A stretch of DNA of 24,000 nt from Magnetospira sp. QH-2. GTDB lineage: Bacteria > Pseudomonadota > Alphaproteobacteria > Rhodospirillales > Magnetospiraceae. Below the pieces are notes generated by a model. The model ran no database searches. It was given only the letters and a program-made list of their open reading frames with translations, and had not been told where the DNA came from. How positions within the stretch are numbered: the stretch's first letter is position 1; every line of letters starts with the position of its first letter. The stretch covers positions 859,819-883,818 of the forward strand of contig NZ_FO538765.1 in assembly GCF_000968135.1 (NCBI RefSeq), read 5' to 3'. The position numbers and the translations under genes were made by a program. Of the stretch, positions 17,716 through 24,000 are shown piece by piece.

Positions 17716-19608
17716 TCAGCCTGATTCCGCCTTCAAGATCGCCGTTTCCAATTCTTCGTGCGCCGTGAACCAGGCCTCCTCCGTTTCGTTCAGCGCCTTG
17801 TCTGTTTCCCCCAATTGCCGCTGCAACTCGGTGAGTGGTCCGCTGGGGCCGTCATAGAGTTTGGGGTCGGCAAGGCGCTGTTCCAGGATCGATTTATCCT
17901 GGTGTAGCTTGTCGAGCTTCATTTCCGCATTCTTCACCTGCTTGCGAAGCGGCGCCAATTTGGCGCGGGCCTCGGCGGCGGCGCGCCGATCATCCTTGCG
18001 GCTGGGACCATCGCGGCGACGGGTTTCCCTGCGGGCTGTGCGTTGCTGGTCCAACAGATAGCGGCGATAGTCATCCACATCCCCGTCAAAGGGCGTACAG
18101 GCCCCATTTTCCACCAGCCAAAGGCGGTCACAGGCGGCGGCCAGCAAGTGTGGGTCATGACTGACCAACACCACCGCGCCGTCATAGGTATTCAATGCCT
18201 GCAACAGGGCCTCGCGGGAGTCCACGTCCAGATGGTTGGTGGGCTCGTCGAGCAGCATCAGATGAGGTTTGTCGCGGCTCATTAGGGCAAACAGCAGCCG
18301 GGCCTTTTCACCACCGGAGAGACTGGCGACCGGCGTATCGGCCTGGTCGCCGGGGAATCCGAATCGGCCCAGATGACCGCGAACCCGGGCTTCCGGTTCC
18401 ATGGGCATCAAACGCGCCATGTGGAGGTAAGGCGAATCGGTGAGAATCAGTTCGTCGGTCTGGTGCTGGGCGAAATAGCCCACCTTCAGCTTATTGGATT
18501 TCCGCAGCTTGCCGTCCAGCGGTTTCAGACGGTCGGCAAGCAGCTTCATCAGTGTCGATTTGCCATTGCCGTTGGCGCCCAGCAATCCGATCCGGTCATC
18601 CATGTCGATGCGCAGATCCAGGTTGCGCAAAATCGGTTTGGATGCGGGGTCATAGCCCACGGTGGCCGCTTCCATGGCCACCAGCGGCGGCGACAAAGGG
18701 TCGGGGTCCGGAAAATCGAACGTGATGGTCCGCGATTCGACGGCGGTGGCGATGGGCTCCATTCGGGCCAGCATTTTCAATCGGCTTTGTGCCTGGCGGG
18801 CCTTGGTGGCCTGGGCACGGAAGCGATCGACAAAGGCCTGGATTCGGCGCCGTTCATCCATTTGGCGGGTGCGCAGGGCGGCCTGTTGGGCTTGGCGCTC
18901 CCGGCGGGTGGTTTCGTAGTAGTCGTAATTGCCCTGGTAACGAATCAACTTGCCTTCGTCCAAGTGGACGATTTCCTGCACCACGCTGTTGAGCAGGCTG
19001 CGTTCATGGCTGATCACCAACAAGGTCCCCGGCCAGGAGGCCAGATAGGATTCCAGCCAAAGAGTGGCTTCCAGATCCAAATGGTTGGTGGGTTCATCAA
19101 GCAGCAGCAAGTCCGGGCGGGCGAAAAGTGAGGCCGCGAGGCTCACGCGCATGCGCCAACCCCCGGAATATTCCTTGCAAGGGCGGGCCTGGGCATCGTC
19201 GTCGAATCCAAGGCCGGCCAGGATAGAGGCCGCCCGCGACTCCGCCGAATGGGCATCAATGTCAGCCAGGCGATTGTGAATCTCGGCGATTCGCTGAGGA
19301 TCGGTGGCGGTTTCCGATTCGGCGAGCAGGGCCGCGCGCTCCGAATCGGCTGCAAGGACCGTATCGAGCAGATTGGTGTCACCGGATGGCGCCTCTTGGG
19401 CCACATAGCCGACTCTGGCGCGGGGGCGGATGCTGATGGATCCGGCATCCGGCGTGCGTTCTTGGGCGATCAGGCCGAACAGAGTGGATTTGCCACTGCC
19501 GTTGCGGCCCACCAGTCCAACCTTGTGGCCGTCGGGTATGGCAAGAGTCGCCTGTTCAAACAACAGGCGTCCGGCGATGCGAAAGGTGAGATCATTGATA
19601 TGCAACAT
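17716..19608 (-). CDS. ABC-F family ATPase (two ABC domains, no TM domain, C-terminal coiled coil)
   Basis: Two Walker A motifs (GRNGSGKST, GANGNGKST), two LSGG signatures (YSGGWRMR, LSGGEKAR) and two Walker B motifs (LLLLDEPTNHLD, LMLLDEPTNHLD). 630 aa. Confidence 0.92.
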   Translation of the reverse strand: MLHINDLTFRIAGRLLFEQATLAIPDGHKVGLVGRNGSGKSTLFGLIAQERTPDAGSISIRPRARVGYVAQEAPSGDTNLLDTVLAADSERAALLAESETATDPQRIAEIHNRLADIDAHSAESRAASILAGLGFDDDAQARPCKEYSGGWRMRVSLAASLFARPDLLLLDEPTNHLDLEATLWLESYLASWPGTLLVISHERSLLNSVVQEIVHLDEGKLIRYQGNYDYYETTRRERQAQQAALRTRQMDERRRIQAFVDRFRAQATKARQAQSRLKMLARMEPIATAVESRTITFDFPDPDPLSPPLVAMEAATVGYDPASKPILRNLDLRIDMDDRIGLLGANGNGKSTLMKLLADRLKPLDGKLRKSNKLKVGYFAQHQTDELILTDSPYLHMARLMPMEPEARVRGHLGRFGFPGDQADTPVASLSGGEKARLLFALMSRDKPHLMLLDEPTNHLDVDSREALLQALNTYDGAVVLVSHDPHLLAAACDRLWLVENGACTPFDGDVDDYRRYLLDQQRTARRETRRRDGPSRKDDRRAAAEARAKLAPLRKQVKNAEMKLDKLHQDKSILEQRLADPKLYDGPSGPLTELQRQLGETDKALNETEEAWFTAHEELETAILKAESG

Positions 19609-19640
19609 GGCGACGCAGACTTAGCACGCCGATTCGATCC

Positions 19641-19681
19641 ACCACAAACGAAAGACGCCGCCCCCAATCAGGAGCGGCGCC
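19641..19681 (-). terminator. Candidate intrinsic terminator of the Gly/Tyr-rich protein gene
   Basis: GC hairpin pairing cgccgc (19656-19661) with gcggcg (19674-19679). On the minus strand it is followed by the T-rich tctttcgtttg. Confidence 0.45.
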
Positions 19682-19708
19682 TTCGCATAGAAATCTGAAA
19701 AACTCAGA

Positions 19709-20089
19709 TTACTTGGCCGGAGCGGCCGGAGCAGCCGGAGCGACCGGAGCAACCGGAGCACCATACGGAGCGCCATAAGGCATGCCGTAAGGGGCCGGGT
19801 AGCCATAGCCGTACGGAGCGCCATAGCCGTAGCCATTGTAGCCGTTGTAGCCATTGTAGCCGCTACCGTTACCATAAGCGTTGCCCGAACCACGGCCGGA
19901 GAAGCTCATGTTGAAGGAGCCGTCGCCGAAGCCGTCGCCCCAACCATTGCCGTTGCCCCAACCATTGTTGTTGCCCCAGCCATTGTTGTTCCAGGGACCA
20001 CCGCCCCACCAGGCGCTGGCGGAAGTGGCGGAAAGAGCGGCAGTGGCCAGAACACCGGCAACTGCGAGGGTCTTAAGGATGTTATTCAT
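19709..20089 (-). CDS. Small secreted Gly/Asn/Tyr/Trp/Pro low-complexity repeat protein
   Basis: Start at ATG 20089 (MNNILKTLAVAGVLATAALSATSASA, a signal-peptide-like sequence) with GGGGGA SD upstream. The mature part consists of WGNNNG, GYN/GYG, APYG and PAAP/PVAP repeats. Confidence 0.8.
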   Translation of the reverse strand: MNNILKTLAVAGVLATAALSATSASAWWGGGPWNNNGWGNNNGWGNGNGWGDGFGDGSFNMSFSGRGSGNAYGNGSGYNGYNGYNGYGYGAPYGYGYPAPYGMPYGAPYGAPVAPVAPAAPAAPAK

Positions 20090-20465
20090 GACAATCCCCC
20101 GATTGTTTAAAGTTTCCCACAAAACTTAGGTACAGGGCCGGTGCTCGACCAAAAACCTTGATACCTAGCGATCTATTAAGAGCGACTTGAGATGCTCTAT
20201 ATAAGCACCACCTAATTTAGTGATACCTAATATTAATGTCAACGACTTTTTTTCGCCGAGTTCGCCAAGGTGTGTGGAGAAGTTGGAAATATGAGTGTGA
20301 ATCAGGCGGAAATCAAGATTTCCCGGGAGATGTCGTCACGCGTGGGTTGCCTCTAACGGATGAAGCGGATATAAGGCGCGGGCCTTGCGGGGCGTAGAGC
20401 CGAATGGCTCGGTTCCCGGGCCCGGCTTTTAAGAATCGCACATGTTTACCGAAAGGTTTTACGTC

Positions 20466-20888
20466 ATGGCTATTGAGCGCACGCTGTCGATCATCAAACC
20501 CGATGCTACGGCGCGGAATATCACCGGCAAGATCAATGCCGTCTTTGAGGATAATGGCCTGCGGGTCGTGGCTCAGAAGCGGTTGTGGCTGAGCAAGAAG
20601 CAGGCGGAACAGTTCTATGCCGTCCATGCGGAGCGCTCGTTCTTTGGCGAGTTGACCGACTATATGGTCTCTGGGCCCGTCGTGGTTCAGGTGTTGGAAG
20701 GCGAAAGCGCCATCACCAAGAATCGCGAAGTCATGGGCGCCACCAATCCCGCCAATGCCGATGAGGGCACCATCCGCGCCCTGTTCGGGCAGAATGTGCA
20801 GGAAAACTCGGTGCACGGTTCCGACTCGCCGGAAAACGCGGCCATCGAGATCAGCTTCTTCTTTGCCCAGACGGAAATCGTCGGCTAA
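20466..20888 (+). CDS. ndk: Nucleoside diphosphate kinase
   Basis: [14 protein letters not shown]..., with the active-site NSVHGSDS and ~140 aa. Start at ATG 20466 rather than track 20442. Confidence 0.97.
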   Translation: MAIERTLSIIKPDATARNITGKINAVFEDNGLRVVAQKRLWLSKKQAEQFYAVHAERSFFGELTDYMVSGPVVVQVLEGESAITKNREVMGATNPANADEGTIRALFGQNVQENSVHGSDSPENAAIEISFFFAQTEIVG

Positions 20889-20911
20889 AGCTGAAATCAG
20901 GTATCGAGGAA

Positions 20912-20936
20912 GGGGGCGCTTGCGTCCCCTTTTTTT
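20912..20936 (+). terminator. Rho-independent terminator of ndk
   Basis: Stem gggggcg (20912-20918) pairs with cgtcccc (20923-20929), including one G.U pair. The loop is cttg, followed by a T7 run (20930-20936). Confidence 0.7.
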
Positions 20937-20942
20937 CGTTTA

Positions 20943-21088
20943 ACGGTCTGCTGAAAAAGTCCGATTTCGAGCCTGTGGTGACACATGCTTCGACAAGCTC
21001 AGCATGAGGGCCTTTGAACTTTCAACATGTTAGCCTCACCCTGAGCTTGTCGAAGGGCGAGGCGGGCCGTCGGACAATACTTTTTCAG
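20943..21088. repeat. MITE/REP-like palindromic repeat element E2
   Basis: Same family and orientation as E1. TIRs are ctgaaaaagt (20951-20960) and actttttcag (21079-21088). A perfect 14-bp internal inverted repeat pairs ttcgacaagctcag (20989-21002) with ctgagcttgtcgaa (21041-21054). Confidence 0.85.
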
Positions 21089-21199
21089 ATGGCGGTAATC
21101 GAGCAGTCAGGGATTGCCTAGACAGTCAGCTGGTCTCCACACTCGGTCTTGATCAAGTATCCGGGTCAATTCCTGGACATGGAACAGAGGAGACCAGCT

Positions 21200-22231
21200 A
21201 TGGAGTATTTTGTTGGAATGGACGTATCGATGGCAAGCATTTCGATCTGTGAGATTGATGCAAAGGGAACCGTCATTCGCGAAGGCAAGGTGTCAAGCAC
21301 ACCCGAGGCGGTCGCCACTTGGCTCGAGGAAAGCGGGCGTGGCTTTGCGCGAATTGGGTTGGAAGCTGGCCCTCTGGCGCCTTGGCTGTACGCAGGACTG
21401 TCCAGTCGGGGCCTCCCTGTGATTTGTATCGAGACCCGGCAAATGAAGGCCTTTGCCAGCGCCAGCCCAGTCAAGACGGACCGTCGCGACGCCCGCTTGA
21501 TCAGCCAGGCGATGCGGACCGGTTTGTACCGCGCGACCCACGTCAAGACCGCGCGCAGTCAGGAGCTCCGGATGGTGCTGACCCATCGGGAGACCCTGGT
21601 TCATCAGGTCCGTCAGTTGTCCAATACGGTACGAGGAACATTGAAAGCTTTCGGCCTCAAGGTCGGTATGGCGCGCGGACGCCTTTTCGCGGCGCGGGTT
21701 CGGGAATTGACGGCTGATAACCCGCACCTCAGCGCAGCCGCCGAGCCGCTCTTGCTTGCGCGCCAAGCCTTGCTCGAACAACTCGACAAGCTCGACCGGC
21801 AGGTTCATGCCGCTGCGCGCGATGATAGCGTTTGCCGGCGCCTGATGACCGTTCCCGGCGTCGGCCCGGTTACCGCCCTCGCTTTCAGGACAGGACTCGA
21901 CGTGCCGGAACGGTTTCAAAAGTCGGTCATGGTCGGCGCCCACTTCGGGCTTGTCCCACGCAGATACGCCTCGGGAGAGCAGGACCGAAGCGGCCCCATC
22001 AGCAAGTGCGGAGATGCCATGGTTCGTTGGCTTTTGTTCGAGGCCGCCAATGCACTTCTCACTCGAACCCGCCGTTGGTCCTGGCTCAAACACTGGGGGC
22101 TCGCGGTCGCCAAAAGGCGCGGGATGAAACGCGCCAAGGTAGCCGTTGCCCGGCGTCTCGCCGTAATCATGCATCGCATGTGGATCGACGGCACGGACTT
22201 CCAGTACCGCAAGGAGGAGACCGCCATCTAA
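21200..22231 (+). CDS. IS110-family DEDD transposase/recombinase
   Basis: Protein identical to copy A, with one synonymous difference at 22141. AGGAG SD precedes ATG 21200. Confidence 0.93.
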   Translation: MEYFVGMDVSMASISICEIDAKGTVIREGKVSSTPEAVATWLEESGRGFARIGLEAGPLAPWLYAGLSSRGLPVICIETRQMKAFASASPVKTDRRDARLISQAMRTGLYRATHVKTARSQELRMVLTHRETLVHQVRQLSNTVRGTLKAFGLKVGMARGRLFAARVRELTADNPHLSAAAEPLLLARQALLEQLDKLDRQVHAAARDDSVCRRLMTVPGVGPVTALAFRTGLDVPERFQKSVMVGAHFGLVPRRYASGEQDRSGPISKCGDAMVRWLLFEAANALLTRTRRWSWLKHWGLAVAKRRGMKRAKVAVARRLAVIMHRMWIDGTDFQYRKEETAI

Positions 22232-22477
22232 ACACAACGAAAACCGAGATCGCCTGAAGGGCGGCCAGGACGCGTGGCGACGCGCGGGGCTCGGATGACA
22301 GCGCGCAGGCTGCAGTGGCGTAAGACCACGCTTTTCAGATTGCTGCACCCGATCCCCCTTGATCCCCATCATGCGGCGACGACGTCGACCGCGGACAGAA
22401 GCAAAGGGCGCCACATAACCCAGGTTCAAACCGACGGCTTGGAAATCAGCTTGACTCAAATGACTCGATTACAGAAG
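22232..22477 (+). ncRNA. Candidate bridge/seek guide RNA in the IS 3' non-coding tail (copy B)
   Basis: caggctgc (22306-22313) is the reverse complement of gcagcctg at the right junction (22477-22484). ttttcagat (22332-22340) is identical to the left junction (21082-21090). acagaagca (22395-22403) is identical to the IS right end (22471-22479). ccccatc (22364-22370) matches 6/7 to the reverse complement of the IS left end gatggcg (21088-21094). Each pair of segments flanks a small hairpin. Confidence 0.5.
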
Positions 22478-22484
22478 CAGCCTG

Positions 22485-23132
22485 TTAGGGGGCGGGGTTG
22501 ACCAAGGCGCCGGTCGCACCGGGGCCTTCGATAATCACTTGTTCGTTTTCCACCCGGGCCCGGCCTTCGGCGATCAGCCGCAGAGCCAGAGGATATATCC
22601 GGTGTTCCTGTTCCAGCACACGAGCGCCCAACGCCGATTCGTCGTCATTACCCAGTACCGGCACCGCGGCCTGCACGAGAATCGGCCCGGAATCCATGGC
22701 CGGGCGTACATAATGGACCGTGCAGCCGCTGAGCCGCACCCCCGCGGCCAGGGCGTCCCGATGGGCATGGGCCCCTTTGAACGAGGGCAGCAGGGATGGG
22801 TGGATGTTGATCAACCGGTCATGCCAGCGATTGACGAATCCGTCCGTCAGCAACCGCATGAATCCGGCCAGGCAGACGAATTCCACCCCATGCGCCGTCA
22901 GGGTTTCATGCACCGCTTCTTCGAAAGGCGCGCGTCCGTCATAGGCTTTGTTGTCAACCATGGCGGTGGCCACGCCGGCCTTCGTGGCCCGCTCCAGAGC
23001 GAATGCCCCGGGAACGTTGGACAGAACCAGGGCGATCTCCGCCGGAAAGGCGGGATCGGCGGCGGAATCCAGCAAGGCCTGCAAATTGCTGCCCCGTCCA
23101 GAGACCAGGACTCCAACCTTCAGCCGCGCCAT
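22485..23132 (-). CDS. purN: Phosphoribosylglycinamide formyltransferase
   Basis: [29 protein letters not shown] and GCTVHYV motifs, 215 aa. It overlaps the purM stop, in the classical purMN arrangement. Confidence 0.95.
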   Translation of the reverse strand: MARLKVGVLVSGRGSNLQALLDSAADPAFPAEIALVLSNVPGAFALERATKAGVATAMVDNKAYDGRAPFEEAVHETLTAHGVEFVCLAGFMRLLTDGFVNRWHDRLINIHPSLLPSFKGAHAHRDALAAGVRLSGCTVHYVRPAMDSGPILVQAAVPVLGNDDESALGARVLEQEHRIYPLALRLIAEGRARVENEQVIIEGPGATGALVNPAP

Positions 23133-24000
23133 GCCGCCTCCAGCCCGTCGATTCGGACCGCGGGCTCGTCTTCGGCGCGAGTCTCGACGTGCCCCAGGTG
23201 CAGGACCGTTTCGCCTGCCTGGGTGAGAATACGGGTGATGTCGGCTTCTTTCTCCGGCTTACAAAGCACGACCATGCCGATGCCGCAGTTGAAGGTGCGC
23301 GCCATTTCCGTCGGATCAACGCCGCCTACGTCAGCCAGCCAGAGAAATACCGGCGGTATGGTCCAACTCTTCGCGTCCAGGCGCGTGGCGGTGCCATCGG
23401 GCAGGACCCGGGGGATATTCTCCCACAAGCCACCGCCGGTGATATGGGCCAGGGCGGTCACCCCGCCAACCTTCATGGCCGCCAGACAGCTTTTGACATA
23501 GATCCGAGTCGGGGTAAGCAAAGCCTCACCCAGGGATCGGGAAGAATCGAAGGGCGCCGACGCGTCATAGGCCAAGCCGGATCGCTCGACGATCTTGCGG
23601 ACCAGCGAAAAACCATTGGAATGAATGCCGTCGGATGCCAATCCCAACACCACGTTCCCGGGCTCCACCGAATCGCCGGTCAGCAAGCGGGTGCGTTCAA
23701 CGGCCCCGACAGAAAAACCGGCCAGATCATAGTCGCCCTGGCTGTACATGCCCGGCATTTCCGCCGTCTCGCCACCGATCAGGGCACATCCGGCCCGGCG
23801 GCAGCCTTCGGCAATACCGCCCACCACGGCGCGACCTTCTTCGACCGACAGTTTCCCAGTGGCGTAGTAGTCCAGAAAAAACAAGGGTTCGGCGCCCTGA
23901 ACGATCAAGTCGTTGACGCACATGGCCACCAGGTCGATGCCCACCGTGTCATGACGATTGGCATCAATGGCCACTTTCAGCTTGGTGCCAACGCCATCGG
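23120..24000 (-). CDS. purM: Phosphoribosylformylglycinamidine cyclo-ligase (AIR synthetase); the N-terminus lies beyond the window
   Basis: The frame stays open to the window edge, and the translation there reads [31 protein letters not shown], the PurM signature. The track start at 23974 is an internal GTG. Confidence 0.95.
   Translation of the reverse strand, partial: DGVGTKLKVAIDANRHDTVGIDLVAMCVNDLIVQGAEPLFFLDYYATGKLSVEEGRAVVGGIAEGCRRAGCALIGGETAEMPGMYSQGDYDLAGFSVGAVERTRLLTGDSVEPGNVVLGLASDGIHSNGFSLVRKIVERSGLAYDASAPFDSSRSLGEALLTPTRIYVKSCLAAMKVGGVTALAHITGGGLWENIPRVLPDGTATRLDAKSWTIPPVFLWLADVGGVDPTEMARTFNCGIGMVVLCKPEKEADITRILTQAGETVLHLGHVETRAEDEPAVRIDGLEAAWRG

Larger units (their letters stand above)
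21089..22485 (+). mobile_element. IS110-family insertion sequence (IS1111-like layout), copy B
   Basis: The identity block with copy A ends exactly at 21089 and 22485. Positions 22478-22485 (cagcctgt) may be target, so the minimal IS is 21089-22477. 110 nt lie 5' of the CDS and ~250 nt lie 3' of it. The right boundary abuts or overlaps the purN stop codon (22485-22487). Confidence 0.9.

Noticed and set aside
22447-22480. A possible promoter formed on a circular IS junction (TTGACT at 22451-56, then 17 nt, then GAAGAT spanning the right-end/left-end joint).
   Set aside because: The -10 hexamer would be poor (3/6), and the exact junction is ambiguous by 2 nt. The idea is plausible by analogy with other IS110-family elements but is not supported by this sequence alone.
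7451-22485. Interpreting the IS pair plus the intervening 12 kb as a composite transposon or genomic island.
   Set aside because: The cargo is core housekeeping in conserved local synteny (pepA-holC, ndk). Each IS sits in its own copy of the preferred MITE target. IS110-family elements move as single units via circular intermediates. Two independent site-specific insertions is the simpler explanation.
22274-22501. A 75-aa ORF in the IS 3' tail (longer, 187 aa, in copy A at 7099-7662 because it reads out into the flank).
   Set aside because: Its length depends on the flanking sequence, it has no SD, and its composition is Arg-rich. The region is better explained as structured non-coding RNA.

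Overview
A GC-rich (roughly 60%) chromosomal window with the gene content and synteny of an alphaproteobacterium. It looks Rhodospirillales/Magnetospirillum-like, but that assignment is low confidence. Most of it is ordinary housekeeping: an EamA permease, an AmpD-like amidase, RNase P RNA (rnpB), an ABM monooxygenase plus Fe-ADH pair, a SulP/STAS transporter, pepA-holC, a pomAB-like stator pair, an MFS transporter, a PfkB kinase, an ABC-F ATPase, ndk and purN-purM. The non-ordinary part is mobile and repeat DNA. Two 99.8%-identical IS110-family (IS1111-like) insertion sequences lie in inverted orientation at 7451-8847 and 21089-22485. Each sits at the same position in the terminal inverted repeat of a ~140-170 bp MITE/REP-like palindromic element (8848-9020 and 20943-21088). 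The ~245-nt non-coding tail downstream of each transposase gene contains short segments that match the flanking target and the IS ends. These segments are arranged around two small hairpins, which is the architecture expected of a bridge/seek guide RNA. Other items worth a second look are a secreted Gly/Asn/Tyr/Trp low-complexity protein (sulfur-globule-protein-like), a radical SAM enzyme of the AmmeMemoRadiSam type that lacks its usual partners and has an expanded linker, a tandem-hemerythrin protein, and a large GT-C-like membrane protein. No CRISPR array, tRNA or rRNA gene was seen. All functional calls rest on motif recognition by eye, with no database search.
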